In this document: in pieces, positions 19,638 to 29,616 of the stretch
How the letters are laid out: every line of letters begins with the position of its first letter
Position numbering within the stretch: position 1 is the first letter of the stretch
Sequence record: NC_054928.1
Origin: Escherichia phage vB_vPM_PD112
Length of the DNA: 64,000 nucleotides
Strand: one strand, 5' to 3'
Made by a program: the position numbers and the translations under genes
Notes under the pieces: model-generated
What the model saw: the letters and a program-made list of their open reading frames with translations, nothing else
Databases searched by the model: none
What the model was told of the DNA's origin: nothing

Positions 19638-19666
19638 ACTATAACATTTTTACTTCAGCTTGTAAA
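19638..19666 (-). promoter_or_regulatory. T4-early-type promoter upstream of the srd-like gene
   Basis: Minus strand TTTACA (plus 19661-19666), 17 nt, TATAGT (plus 19638-19643). Confidence 0.6.
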
Positions 19667-19679
19667 CAACTTTATGAAA

Positions 19680-19706
19680 AATGCTTTAAAACTTTCATGG
19701 TATAAT
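19680..19706 (+). promoter_or_regulatory. plus-strand promoter-like element (MotA box plus extended -10)
   Basis: Plus strand aaTGCTTTA, 12 nt, TGgTATAAT; points into modA in antisense. Confidence 0.35.
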
Positions 19707-19723
19707 GAATCTAAGTCCTTCCA

Positions 19724-20326
19724 TTATAGATTAAATCCTTCAAAATCAAGAGTATAGATAGTGTATGTTGAATACTTTTTATACTCGTATCTATCCGCAA
19801 TTCTAAATACACTTCCAGCTGGTATCATTACTTCTTGTTCATCTGAAACTAATTCCATATTACGATAACGATGGCTATCTGGAAACTTAAAACTCGGACT
19901 ATATTCTTTACAACGTAAAGCTTTTATAGCATACTCCTGGAAATTAAATACCATAGGAGCTTTGAATTCAAAAATAACTTGTGTATTGTATTCTAATCCA
20001 GAAGCAAAATGTAGAGCTATATTTTTATCATATGAAGCTGATACTACTTTATCAAATGTAATAATATCAATTCCTTGATTTAATACTTGTTTAGTCTCAG
20101 CTGGAACACCTCTCCAAAGAGGTTTATCGTTTGGAACCAAACGAGATTTGATTATTTCATTTAACCAAGAGTGGTCGTCTGGCTTATTAGTAATACAATG
20201 AATTAAAAGTTCAATTTCGGATAAATTAAATCCTTCAGAAAGTAATTCTTCACGAATAGAAGCACGAACCGATGTATCCATTGATTTTATTTTAAAATCT
20301 TTTAGTTGCATTACTGAGTATTTCAT
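19724..20326 (-). CDS. modA: ModA ADP-ribosyltransferase
   Basis: 200 aa; R-S-E toxin-type motifs (WRGV, SAS, EQEVMIP). Confidence 0.85.
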   Translation of the reverse strand: MKYSVMQLKDFKIKSMDTSVRASIREELLSEGFNLSEIELLIHCITNKPDDHSWLNEIIKSRLVPNDKPLWRGVPAETKQVLNQGIDIITFDKVVSASYDKNIALHFASGLEYNTQVIFEFKAPMVFNFQEYAIKALRCKEYSPSFKFPDSHRYRNMELVSDEQEVMIPAGSVFRIADRYEYKKYSTYTIYTLDFEGFNL

Positions 20327-20958
20327 TCAACTACCTCAATATCATAAACTTTAAATGTTCCAAATGAATCGTGTAATTTTTCTTTTGAAATAGAAGTTAT
20401 TTTATACTTTCCAATTGGAATCATCCATTCTTGTTCACGCACAATCATCATTAAGTTATCAGTACGTTCTGAATCTAATCCATCAGTATCTTCATATGTA
20501 TACTTAAACTCAGTATTAGGAGAAGAAAGTATAATATCGCTGATATGGTCAGAATAATTAAAAGCTTTATCAGTTTTTAAGCGAAATATTATTTCAGTGA
20601 AATACTCAACATAAGAAAAACCACATGCTGTGTGCAAACTAGTAGTAAATGAATCTACTCTGTTCGTTGAAAACACTTCTCCAACTTGTAAATCTTTAAT
20701 GAGCTCTTTTGTCGATTTTGATATACCACGATATAGCTGATAAGGTGATTCAGTTAAATGCTTTTTAATGATTTTATTCAACTGCCGATGAAGAGCTTCA
20801 TTCTTTTTGGCTTCCATACATTGCCAAAGAACTGATTGTTCAAAGTCAGTAAATTTTTCACAGACCTTTTTATACATATCATATTGAAAATCAACGCTTT
20901 CAGCTTTTATAGATAACTGTTCAACATCTGCAAGATTAATAATCATGATAGCCTCCAT
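20323..20958 (-). CDS. modB: ModB ADP-ribosyltransferase
   Basis: 211 aa paralogue of ModA with LYRGIS, STN, EQEWMIP motifs. Confidence 0.85.
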   Translation of the reverse strand: MEAIMIINLADVEQLSIKAESVDFQYDMYKKVCEKFTDFEQSVLWQCMEAKKNEALHRQLNKIIKKHLTESPYQLYRGISKSTKELIKDLQVGEVFSTNRVDSFTTSLHTACGFSYVEYFTEIIFRLKTDKAFNYSDHISDIILSSPNTEFKYTYEDTDGLDSERTDNLMMIVREQEWMIPIGKYKITSISKEKLHDSFGTFKVYDIEVVE

Positions 20959-21013
20959 ATACTTCAGAAGCTATCATATCATCGTTAGGAAGGAAAGTAA
21001 ACAACTTTTTGAA

Positions 21014-21196
21014 TTATTTTACCCAGGGAGCCCAGGGCGGAGGGTCAAGATGGTATGAAGCTAGTTCTTCTAGAAGAGCATCTGGGGCTTCAATTCCATA
21101 ATTCTGTAATACTATACGGTATTCTTTCTTATAATCACTAGAATCATTCTGGATATTCGTAGAATGATTATCTTCTAACATCTCAAATAAATCCAT
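21014..21196 (-). CDS. hypothetical protein, 60 aa
   Basis: Track ORF, ATG start. Confidence 0.45.
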   Translation of the reverse strand: MDLFEMLEDNHSTNIQNDSSDYKKEYRIVLQNYGIEAPDALLEELASYHLDPPPWAPWVK

Positions 21197-21204
21197 ATTA
21201 ATTC

Positions 21205-21675
21205 CTAGCGATAAAAACCAAAATAACGATTAGCTTCAATAATCTTTCTTTCTTCTTCGGACATTCTCCAGCGTAGTCCAACGTCAAAATGAGCCCAGAC
21301 CATCTTAACAAATGCATGTATATCTTTAATATCTTCAATAATGAATGTTTTACTTTTAAAAGGTTGACTCGCTAATTTAACTTTATCATCTTCAAACAGG
21401 TCAAAAAGACCATATTCATGAGCTCTTTTATAGCCTTTAATAGTTAAAGCTTCAGAAGAAGAAAACGGTGAATCAGTATTCTGCAAAATATCTTCAGTAT
21501 GCTTTATAATTAGAATAACATTTTCTGGATATTTTCTTTCTTTTATATCTTTAATTAAAATATCCGGATTTTCTGCTAAAGGAATAATCAATGAGCACTT
21601 TTTATCAAGTGTATTTACTGATTTACCTTCTTTAGACATAAATTCTATTGAATAATGTTTTGCTACTTCAATCAT
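21205..21675 (-). CDS. hypothetical protein, 156 aa
   Basis: Track ORF, ATG start. Confidence 0.5.
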   Translation of the reverse strand: MIEVAKHYSIEFMSKEGKSVNTLDKKCSLIIPLAENPDILIKDIKERKYPENVILIIKHTEDILQNTDSPFSSSEALTIKGYKRAHEYGLFDLFEDDKVKLASQPFKSKTFIIEDIKDIHAFVKMVWAHFDVGLRWRMSEEERKIIEANRYFGFYR

Positions 21676-21832
21676 GTGATTTCCTCTTGCCTACTAACGG
21701 GCCGTCAGGAATTTTGTTTTCCTGGATATATTTCTCATTTTCTTCCATCATTTTACTACCGATTTTAAGAAGCAAATCCAATGCTTCATTTGCTTTAGCC
21801 TTGGCCTCTTCTAACGTCATATCTCTGTTCAT
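21668..21832 (-). CDS. small protein, 54 aa
   Basis: Hand-translated [31 protein letters not shown]...; fills gap between track ORFs. Confidence 0.35.
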   Translation of the reverse strand: MNRDMTLEEAKAKANEALDLLLKIGSKMMEENEKYIQENKIPDGPLVGKRKSHD

Positions 21833-22032
21833 GATTTATCCCCATAGATGTCTCTCATCAATTTAAGAGCTGAGCGTTCTAGTTTCTTTTCTTTCTCAGC
21901 ACTAATCATTGATTTCATCCATTCTTCTGATTCGTTCTGCATTTCTTTATTTGCTTGTTCAACCCAACCATCGTCAATGTACATTGAGTTTGGTCTATTG
22001 AACCATTCAAACATTTTCTTCAGAACTTTCAT
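21829..22032 (-). CDS. hypothetical protein, 67 aa
   Basis: Track ORF, ATG start. Confidence 0.45.
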   Translation of the reverse strand: MKVLKKMFEWFNRPNSMYIDDGWVEQANKEMQNESEEWMKSMISAEKEKKLERSALKLMRDIYGDKS

Positions 22033-22492
22033 TTGTTTTACCTAAAACAACAGTAGGAGCATCATCAAATTCATGAATTTTTAGCAAATTTGGATGTAAA
22101 CTATTCCATACAGAAGAAATAAAGTATGATAACGCATCTTCACTCGCAATTATAAATTTATTTCCTTTATCTATTTTCCAACTATATAATGAATCATACG
22201 AATAGAAAGATAAAGGTTTATCATTATATTGTTCTGCGCTAACATTAATGTATTCGGATTTAGTAAATGCTTCAATTGCTCTAAATGGAATATTTGGTAC
22301 AGTTTCAATAATTCCGATCTTTTTAAGTTTTATTTCAGCATCTTCTGGAACTGGCATTGAAACGAAATTTTCTACGAGATACATTGGGTCACAATAACCC
22401 TTATCAATCATTACTGCTACGGTAATTGGAACATCTTTAGCAAATGACATGCTATTACTGCTAATATACATTTCAAACAAAATCGCTTCCAT
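22007..22492 (-). CDS. hypothetical protein, 161 aa (possibly mrh by size and position)
   Basis: Track ORF starts on TTG; first ATG gives 161 aa. Confidence 0.45.
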   Translation of the reverse strand: MEAILFEMYISSNSMSFAKDVPITVAVMIDKGYCDPMYLVENFVSMPVPEDAEIKLKKIGIIETVPNIPFRAIEAFTKSEYINVSAEQYNDKPLSFYSYDSLYSWKIDKGNKFIIASEDALSYFISSVWNSLHPNLLKIHEFDDAPTVVLGKTNESSEENV

Positions 22493-22500
22493 AATTTTCC

Positions 22501-22839
22501 TCAATCACAAGATGTAGATGAACAACTAGAATCACAAGAACTTCCACATGAATCGCCCGTCCACACATGAACAGGAACATTAGTATCATATGAATCAGAA
22601 CTAGACTGTGTATTCTGCGTATTAGATGATGTAGGTGTTGACCAGCGCCAAGGATTTTTATAATATTCTTGGGCTTCTTCATAAGTCATAATAACTGCTT
22701 CTACTGTTCCATCTCCCATATAAACATACTCAACTACATTTAAAGGAAGGTAGTCATTTGAAATAGGAACTACACCTTCTCCAGGAGTCGTAGAGAAAAA
22801 ATCCGTAAAGAAACTTTTAAACCAATTAAAGATAAACAT
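22501..22839 (-). CDS. hypothetical protein with Cys/Ser-rich C-terminal tail
   Basis: Track ORF trimmed to first ATG; tail [17 protein letters not shown]. Confidence 0.45.
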   Translation of the reverse strand: MFIFNWFKSFFTDFFSTTPGEGVVPISNDYLPLNVVEYVYMGDGTVEAVIMTYEEAQEYYKNPWRWSTPTSSNTQNTQSSSDSYDTNVPVHVWTGDSCGSSCDSSCSSTSCD

Positions 22840-23051
22840 TACAAAAAGCCTCTTTGAAATTCGACTCTTTGAAATCCACCCCAATCAGTGTATCGCATTT
22901 CAGCATTGAACTCGACTGAACCATCTGCATGCATCATGAATGAATGCGTGACGACATCACAATCCCAGCTTTTCATACCCCATTTATCAGAGATAGCTTT
23001 ATCAAGAACCTTCTGAAGGTCTTCATTTGGTTTAATCCAACGATTTAACAT
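22839..23051 (-). CDS. hypothetical protein, 70 aa
   Basis: Track ORF, ATG start, SD AGAGGAG, own early promoter. Confidence 0.5.
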   Translation of the reverse strand: MLNRWIKPNEDLQKVLDKAISDKWGMKSWDCDVVTHSFMMHADGSVEFNAEMRYTDWGGFQRVEFQRGFL

Positions 23052-23077
23052 AGTGCTCTCCTCTATAAGATAATTCT

Positions 23078-23106
23078 ATTATACCATACTCATTTTGGAA
23101 AGTAAA
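23078..23106 (-). promoter_or_regulatory. T4-early-type promoter
   Basis: Minus strand TTTACT (plus 23101-23106), 17 nt, TATAAT (plus 23078-23083). Confidence 0.7.
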
Positions 23107-23115
23107 CCGGTAAAA

Positions 23116-23141
23116 TGAAAAAAGGACTCCCGAAGGAGTCC
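23116..23141 (-). terminator. intrinsic terminator downstream of soc
   Basis: Minus strand GGACUCCUUCGGGAGUCC followed by UUUUUUCAUUUU. Confidence 0.7.
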
Positions 23142-23149
23142 TTAAATTA

Positions 23150-23386
23150 TTAACCACCTATTGTTGTAGGCGTAAACATTGCAGCATTCTTAGTTTTCCA
23201 AGTTGCTGCATCGGAAACTACATCAGAATAAGCTGCTTTTTCTGACGGAAAGATTTGATAATGAGAATCTGCAATACGGTGTTCATTTGAATATACATCA
23301 AATGCTACAGAAACTTCCATACCTTTAACTTCTTTGCCTTCACCCGCTGGATGAGTAAAGGTCTTGATGTTAACGAAACCACCCAT
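23150..23386 (-). CDS. soc: Soc small outer capsid protein
   Basis: 78 aa; motifs FVNIKTF, VSVAF, HYQIFPSEKAAYS resemble T4 Soc as I recall it. Confidence 0.75.
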   Translation of the reverse strand: MGGFVNIKTFTHPAGEGKEVKGMEVSVAFDVYSNEHRIADSHYQIFPSEKAAYSDVVSDAATWKTKNAAMFTPTTIGG

Positions 23387-23425
23387 AATAAACTCCTTTA
23401 TTGTTTAATTACAAGTGTATTTATA

Positions 23426-23599
23426 TCAATCTTCAATGAAAACTTGTGCCAGGAATTCATGCTCATCTTGAATTTGTTTATATAAAGCCATTACAGCATT
23501 TATGTTAGAGCTATCTACTTTAAGTTGATAAGCATACCACTCATGTAAATTAATTAAAGCTTTTTGACGTCTAATAAATTCTTCTTTGGATATTTTCAT
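23426..23599 (-). CDS. small protein, 57 aa
   Basis: Hand-translated MKISKEEFIRRQKALINLHEWYAYQLKV...; ATGA overlap with upstream ORF. Confidence 0.4.
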   Translation of the reverse strand: MKISKEEFIRRQKALINLHEWYAYQLKVDSSNINAVMALYKQIQDEHEFLAQVFIED

Positions 23600-23796
23600 T
23601 TTGAATGCTCTATAATTAATTTTAAGGCTTCTTCACTTACAAAAATTTCGTCAGGGCTTTCTTCTGCAACCCAATCAACCGCACGAAGCTGATTAGATAA
23701 GAGCTCGTATGTGAGCTCCTTGTCATAATTTTTAAATAGCTGGTCAATACGTTTCTTGTGGGCTTTCTTAAGTTGACGTTTATTTAAACGAGCCAT
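23596..23796 (-). CDS. hypothetical protein, 66 aa
   Basis: Track ORF, ATG start. Confidence 0.5.
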   Translation of the reverse strand: MARLNKRQLKKAHKKRIDQLFKNYDKELTYELLSNQLRAVDWVAEESPDEIFVSEEALKLIIEHSK

Positions 23797-24311
23797 TAAT
23801 AACCTCGGTCTTGACGTTCAAAATTATGTTTATTTTTCAAATAATAAAGTTTAAAGATTTCTTCCGCATTCATTCCAAGGCCAGCAAACATATTTAATAC
23901 GAAATGAAATATATCCACAAGCTCAAATTTAATTTCGAGCTGATCTTCTGGGGACATTTCATCAATGCGTTTTTCTTGCGCTTCAATATAACGTGCTTTC
24001 CATTTTTTCCAAACTGCCGATGCATCTTTTTCACCACGTGACATTTCACCAAGAGAAGTCAGAAGTTCGCGGAATTCATCGTCAATGCAGTCTTTTTGTT
24101 CACGCATCCAAGAAACAACATCACCGGCAGTTTCTAATTTATCTGGATGATAGCAGTATTCGCGGTCATTTGCTAAACGAACCTGTAAAGATTTCTGCAT
24201 ATCAAGCATAACTTGCAGAGGGTCTTTTTCATCACCGAGAATATCCCAGTATTCATTTTGAGCTTTATCAGCGCCTTCGATCAGATGACTACATTCGTTG
24301 AAATGTGGCAT
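23796..24311 (-). CDS. 56: dCTPase-dUTPase (MazG-like pyrophosphatase)
   Basis: 171 aa from first ATG (track adds a TTG extension); T4 gp56 length; position next to soc and dam. Confidence 0.8.
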   Translation of the reverse strand: MPHFNECSHLIEGADKAQNEYWDILGDEKDPLQVMLDMQKSLQVRLANDREYCYHPDKLETAGDVVSWMREQKDCIDDEFRELLTSLGEMSRGEKDASAVWKKWKARYIEAQEKRIDEMSPEDQLEIKFELVDIFHFVLNMFAGLGMNAEEIFKLYYLKNKHNFERQDRGY

Positions 24312-24374
24312 GTTATTTTTTCCTTTCAATTCATTAATAAGTTAAATAATTATATCATTTGAGTATGTAAGCAA

Positions 24375-25163
<789 letters not shown>

Positions 25164-25262
25164 TCATTTATTGCAGCAAAAAATGAATTATACAATTCAT
25201 CATATGTATTTGATAATAATACTAACACGTTTTGCGATAAATATTAATTTAAAGGAGGACAT

Positions 25263-25463
25263 ATGGTACAAAAATTAATGACACTTGTTAATGCCATCAA
25301 AGGTAATAAGAAACGTATAGCTTTTACTATTTCTGCTATGATAGGAATTTTACTTTGGAATTTTGTTTTATCGCCAGTTGCTATTGCTCATGGCGTTAGT
25401 ATTCCAGTAATTACTCTTGATACATTCGTAGATTTAGCGTTTGCTTTAGTTGGGTTAATTTAA
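25263..25463 (+). CDS. small hydrophobic protein on the plus strand, 66 aa
   Basis: Fills the only sizeable gap between dam and 61; strong SD AAAGGAGGA 5 nt before ATG; two hydrophobic spans. Confidence 0.45.
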   Translation: MVQKLMTLVNAIKGNKKRIAFTISAMIGILLWNFVLSPVAIAHGVSIPVITLDTFVDLAFALVGLI

Positions 25464-26488
25464 ATCTTAGCATATTTAGATAGCCGCATTTTAGCCATCA
25501 ACCCCTGGGCAATATTATTTTTCATATATTCCATAATTTGTTCAGGGGTTGCACCTTCCTTTCTAATCATATCATTGACATCTTTTGATTTCCAGGGAGA
25601 TTTATCCCAAAACATAACCCTTTCTCCTGCATCAACTAATTTAGTCATTCGTTTAATAGTGTCAGGGTGACGAGGTTCATTATCTAAAACCCATACACGC
25701 CTATCTTTAAATGGAACAATTTCTAGGTCTAATTGACCACCCGTAATAGCTATACCATTTTCAATAAAAAGTGAATCTATAGGTCCTTCTAGAACATATA
25801 CATCACCATCTTTAACCCGTTCAACACCATAGATTTTTGTTGCCTCAGGATAAGCTTTGATGGTGATATATTTTTGAGGAGCATCTTTCTTTAATGCGCG
25901 TCCTTGAAAAGACTCAGCTTTTCCATTAGCGTTATAAATTGGAATAACAAGACGAGGCTCAGGTATTTCCTTTTTATATGTTCCTGGCGCTATACTATTA
26001 ACTAATTTAGGCCATTCAGTTGTAAACCAAAGATATTTCCATTTATCCTTTGGAATACAACGAGCTTTTACGTATTTTATAATTGGATGGTCTTCCGCCA
26101 GTTTATCTAATCTAACACATGACGGAAGAGATTTAATTATTTTCTTCTCAGGTTGTTTAGGAAGTTCTTTAGGTTTTTCTACTGGACGACTTTTACCTTT
26201 TTCTTTTCTTATTTCAAAGATATACTCACGATATAAATCGGGTTCAAACTCCTTTAAATATATTCCGATTGGTGCATGATAGTTACAGTTATAACAATGA
26301 ATATTTCCTTCATTATTATCACCATAATACCATCCACGGGCTTTATTTTGGTCGGTTTTTGAATCTCCACAAACAGGGCATCTAAACCGTAATTTAAAAG
26401 TTGAACTATTATTTACTTGTGTGAATTTAGGTAAATGAGCCAATGCACGATATGCAAACTCATTATCAATCCAAGGTATTGATGACAT
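25460..26488 (-). CDS. 61: DNA primase
   Basis: 342 aa, the T4 gp61 length; zinc ribbon CPVCGDS...CYNC and TOPRIM region. Confidence 0.95.
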   Translation of the reverse strand: MSSIPWIDNEFAYRALAHLPKFTQVNNSSTFKLRFRCPVCGDSKTDQNKARGWYYGDNNEGNIHCYNCNYHAPIGIYLKEFEPDLYREYIFEIRKEKGKSRPVEKPKELPKQPEKKIIKSLPSCVRLDKLAEDHPIIKYVKARCIPKDKWKYLWFTTEWPKLVNSIAPGTYKKEIPEPRLVIPIYNANGKAESFQGRALKKDAPQKYITIKAYPEATKIYGVERVKDGDVYVLEGPIDSLFIENGIAITGGQLDLEIVPFKDRRVWVLDNEPRHPDTIKRMTKLVDAGERVMFWDKSPWKSKDVNDMIRKEGATPEQIMEYMKNNIAQGLMAKMRLSKYAKI

Positions 26489-26490
26489 TT

Positions 26491-26655
26491 TTACTCTTCT
26501 TTTTCTTTAGATTCCTCTTTTTTCTTTTTAGGAATCTGTTCAGGACCTTTATTTACTACAGCGCCTGACGTTGTTCCAGTGGAGATATTTTCAGGATTAC
26601 CACCTGAATCTCCAGCTACCATATCTTCTTTAATAAATTCTTTATATGTTTTCAT
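26491..26655 (-). CDS. small acidic protein, 54 aa
   Basis: Hand-translated MKTYKEFIKEDMVAGDSGGNPENISTG...; not in track. Confidence 0.4.
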   Translation of the reverse strand: MKTYKEFIKEDMVAGDSGGNPENISTGTTSGAVVNKGPEQIPKKKKEESKEKEE

Positions 26656-26656
26656 A

Positions 26657-27013
26657 TTAACCTCTATTCATAAAAGCATTAAAAATTTGGTCATCAATCG
26701 ACGGAATAGCAACCTTTTCTGCATCATTTAACAAATCATTAATTTCATCAGATAGCATAACACATGTACCTTTATTTCCTGTAATTGTTACTGCACAATT
26801 ACGAACGTTTTCTTTATCAAATTTTAGGTTAATATTTTCGTAGTGAAAATCCTTTAATGCCGAATATATTTTTAAAATGAAATTGTCTTTTACTACAATA
26901 AACCCAACCTCGCTATTAAAACGTGGTTCATGGAAACTGTAATAAACCTTTTCATCTATAAAATCGTATGAAATTTTTTCCATTTTTAAATATGAAAATT
27001 CAGAACTATACAT
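26657..27013 (-). CDS. hypothetical protein, 118 aa
   Basis: Track ORF, ATG start. Confidence 0.5.
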   Translation of the reverse strand: MYSSEFSYLKMEKISYDFIDEKVYYSFHEPRFNSEVGFIVVKDNFILKIYSALKDFHYENINLKFDKENVRNCAVTITGNKGTCVMLSDEINDLLNDAEKVAIPSIDDQIFNAFMNRG

Positions 27014-27025
27014 ATTAACCTCTAA

Positions 27026-27319
27026 TTACTCACCTACCACTTCAGCGATGATATTTTTATTATTGAAGTTTTTATCGCAATACAGAATATAATTATACTG
27101 CATTACACCACCAGACTTAAGCTGTTTTTGCACTTCAGCTTTCATTTCAGGACGATCACGCTTAACGATATTCATAATATCTGCTTCAATTTGAGTTTCA
27201 ACCTCAGTCTGATCTGCAGTCATAGACCATTCGCACAAATCTTTATCATAACCTGCCATAGCAGGCTGAGCAGCACAAGAAGCTAAAGCAAAAATTGCAG
27301 CAAAAACAAATTTTTTCAT
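27026..27319 (-). CDS. sp: periplasmic protein, probably Sp (spackle, superinfection exclusion)
   Basis: 97 aa with cleavable signal peptide MKKFVFAAIFALASCAAQPAMA; size and place in the 61-41 interval fit T4 Sp. Confidence 0.55.
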   Translation of the reverse strand: MKKFVFAAIFALASCAAQPAMAGYDKDLCEWSMTADQTEVETQIEADIMNIVKRDRPEMKAEVQKQLKSGGVMQYNYILYCDKNFNNKNIIAEVVGE

Positions 27320-27347
27320 GATAATCTCCTCAGTAGTTTATGTTTAT

Positions 27348-27376
27348 ATAGTATCTCAATTTCCAACAAAAGTAAA
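27348..27376 (-). promoter_or_regulatory. T4-early-type promoter upstream of the sp-like gene
   Basis: Minus strand TTTACT (plus 27371-27376), 17 nt, TACTAT (plus 27348-27353). Confidence 0.65.
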
Positions 27377-27631
27377 CTATTTTATTTCCTCAAGTTCGTT
27401 AATCAATAAAAGTTCTCTGACGCTAAAAACAAAGAAAAATGTGTTCCCATCAACCAGAGCATGACCGCTAATAGAACACCCTCTGCGGAATTTAGAAACT
27501 TCACAATCTAGAACTGTAAAGGGTTTTAATCCTATGACTTTAGCTGTGCGTCTATTCAGTTCACAACCACTTGCGAATTTTTCCAAATCTTCTTCTGATT
27601 TAAACTGATATTCTCTATTAACTAGCATCAT
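27377..27631 (-). CDS. hypothetical protein, 84 aa
   Basis: Track ORF, ATG start; early promoter upstream. Confidence 0.5.
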   Translation of the reverse strand: MMLVNREYQFKSEEDLEKFASGCELNRRTAKVIGLKPFTVLDCEVSKFRRGCSISGHALVDGNTFFFVFSVRELLLINELEEIK

Positions 27632-27662
27632 TTTCTTTTCTCCGCGATTAGCTGATAGAATT

Positions 27663-27691
27663 ACTATAACACAACTCTATCAGCTTGTAAA
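27663..27691 (-). promoter_or_regulatory. T4-early-type promoter
   Basis: Minus strand TTTACA (plus 27686-27691), 17 nt, TATAGT (plus 27663-27668). Confidence 0.65.
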
Positions 27692-27715
27692 CTACTATTT
27701 TACTAGCATCAATAA

Positions 27716-27976
27716 CTATTTCTCTAACTTGACGATTTTACGAAAGTATCTTTTGCATTGACGAATCTGTCGCTTCGTAGGGCGCACAGCAAACTTAATA
27801 AATTCCACTCGACCAAATGGAGGACTTTCTTCTGCTGGAATATCTAACACCAATTCCCACGTATCGGCAATAAGTGCTTTGAATTGCGTATTTTTCCTGA
27901 CGTTATACGGAGTAGGTTTAAATAAAACGATATGCATATTATCCTCGGCAATCCACTTCGCATACTTTCTTATCAT
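27716..27976 (-). CDS. hypothetical protein, 86 aa
   Basis: Track ORF trimmed from TTG to the adjacent ATG. Confidence 0.5.
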   Translation of the reverse strand: MIRKYAKWIAEDNMHIVLFKPTPYNVRKNTQFKALIADTWELVLDIPAEESPPFGRVEFIKFAVRPTKRQIRQCKRYFRKIVKLEK

Positions 27977-28121
27977 CAATGAAAGCTTTAACTAAAGCTT
28001 TATTAACTTCAGCATATTGAGTAGTAGCCCATTGAACGTCATCTTTCATCATTGCGGTTTCTTTAGTAAACATGCTTTCATTCTTAAACCACCCCATAAA
28101 AACTACCTTTACCAATTCCAT
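27939..28121 (-). CDS. dmd: Dmd-like antitoxin (inhibitor of RnlA/LsoA RNases)
   Basis: 60 aa, the T4 Dmd length; sits immediately downstream of helicase 41 with its own early promoter. Confidence 0.55.
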   Translation of the reverse strand: MELVKVVFMGWFKNESMFTKETAMMKDDVQWATTQYAEVNKALVKAFIDDKKVCEVDCRG

Positions 28122-28150
28122 AACAATCTCCTCATTTAACCAACAAGACT

Positions 28151-28179
28151 ACTATACCATAGTCTTGTCAGCTTGTAAA
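28151..28179 (-). promoter_or_regulatory. T4-early-type promoter upstream of dmd
   Basis: Minus strand TTTACA (plus 28174-28179), 17 nt, TATAGT (plus 28151-28156); palindrome CAAGACT..AGTCTTG spans the -10. Confidence 0.65.
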
Positions 28180-29607
28180 CTAAAATTTTAATTCATTTGC
28201 CAAAGCATCTAACTGAGCTCGAGTCGATTCGTTTCTTTGATAGCGATTCTGTTCAGCCTGAATCTGTTGTGAACCTGCTACTTCACTCACTTCAGTTGGA
28301 GTAGAATCTTGTTCAATTTCTACCCATTTCTGATTTCCTTTTTGAACACCCATCAAAAACTTATTCCATTTATTCTTATCACCATATCGTGATTTGATTT
28401 GCTTAATGAGTTGTTGTTCAGCAGCTGCTAGCTCCTCGGTTTCAATGACCGCAAGCATAAAATCAGCTGTCGCTGGAAGACCAGCAGATTCTGCAATATC
28501 GCTCATGTTAACATCAGAAGAATCCCAAGCTTGTTTACCAACCTGTGCTGCAGTCCAAAGAACAGTTTCGGTTTCAACAGCCAGAGCACGCAATTCTTCT
28601 GCAATAGCTTTAACAGTTGTGTAACTATTTTCTGAATAAACTCTAATGCGGCAAGATTTACAAATACCTAGATAGTCGACAATAATGATTGTTGGAACAA
28701 AATTCTTCTTGAGCTTCAATTCATTCAAGAGAGACCTGAATGTGTTAGCATCTGCTCCACCAGTAGGATACTGTTTAACGATTAAACGACCAAGAGTAGA
28801 TTTCTCACGCCATTTTTCCATTTTTCCTTTATACTCAGCGTAAGAAATATGCCCATCATCAATGTCATCAAGAGAAACATCGAGCATATTAGCGTCAATA
28901 CGTTTAGCACAGACTTCTTCTGCCATTTCCATGGAAATGTAAAGAACATTATGACCGAGCTGTAAATAATCTGCTGCCAATGAACACAATCCTAATGACT
29001 TACCAACGTTAACACCAGCCATTAAAACGTTCAGTGTTCCAGTCTCAGCTCCGCCTTTAGTAATTTTGTTTAGAATTCTGAGTTTAAATGGAACCTTACG
29101 AGCTTTATTCATATAAGATAGCCAACGTGCTTCGTAGTCATCCATCCAATCATGACCAACGTAACTATCAAATGAAATTGATAATGCTTGACGCATAATG
29201 TCAGGAATAGCACCAACATCCGGCATTTTCTTATTTCGTTTTTCCGGAGGAAGCTCAGCATTAGTTTGAATTTCGATTATTTTAGACGTAGCATTAAACA
29301 TCGCCCTTTGCTGAACATATTTTTCTGTTTCTTTTACTAACCAGCTGTGGTCTTCCGGAGAATCAGCTAGTTTTGAAATAAGTGTTTTTACACCAGAATA
29401 TTCTGTTTCAGTAAATGAACTATTTTCTAATGCAACATTTAACGCATTAATAGATGGAACGCTATGGTACTCATTAACATGAGATTTAATTAATTTGAAT
29501 GTATTTTTAGCTGGACCACTTTCAAAATATTCTGAATCCATATATGGCCAAACTTTTGAAAAATAAGCTTGATCAAATATGAGATGAGAAAGAATAATTT
29601 CTACCAC
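28180..29607 (-). CDS. 41: replicative DNA helicase (DnaB-like)
   Basis: 475 aa, the T4 gp41 length; start codon is GTG with SD AAGGAG 6 nt upstream. Confidence 0.95.
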   Translation of the reverse strand: MVEIILSHLIFDQAYFSKVWPYMDSEYFESGPAKNTFKLIKSHVNEYHSVPSINALNVALENSSFTETEYSGVKTLISKLADSPEDHSWLVKETEKYVQQRAMFNATSKIIEIQTNAELPPEKRNKKMPDVGAIPDIMRQALSISFDSYVGHDWMDDYEARWLSYMNKARKVPFKLRILNKITKGGAETGTLNVLMAGVNVGKSLGLCSLAADYLQLGHNVLYISMEMAEEVCAKRIDANMLDVSLDDIDDGHISYAEYKGKMEKWREKSTLGRLIVKQYPTGGADANTFRSLLNELKLKKNFVPTIIIVDYLGICKSCRIRVYSENSYTTVKAIAEELRALAVETETVLWTAAQVGKQAWDSSDVNMSDIAESAGLPATADFMLAVIETEELAAAEQQLIKQIKSRYGDKNKWNKFLMGVQKGNQKWVEIEQDSTPTEVSEVAGSQQIQAEQNRYQRNESTRAQLDALANELKF

Positions 29608-29616
29608 ACTTACTCC

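Noticed and set aside
22473-22682. 69-aa minus-strand ORF overlapping ORF 22501-22839
   Set aside because: Alternative frame of a better-supported ORF.
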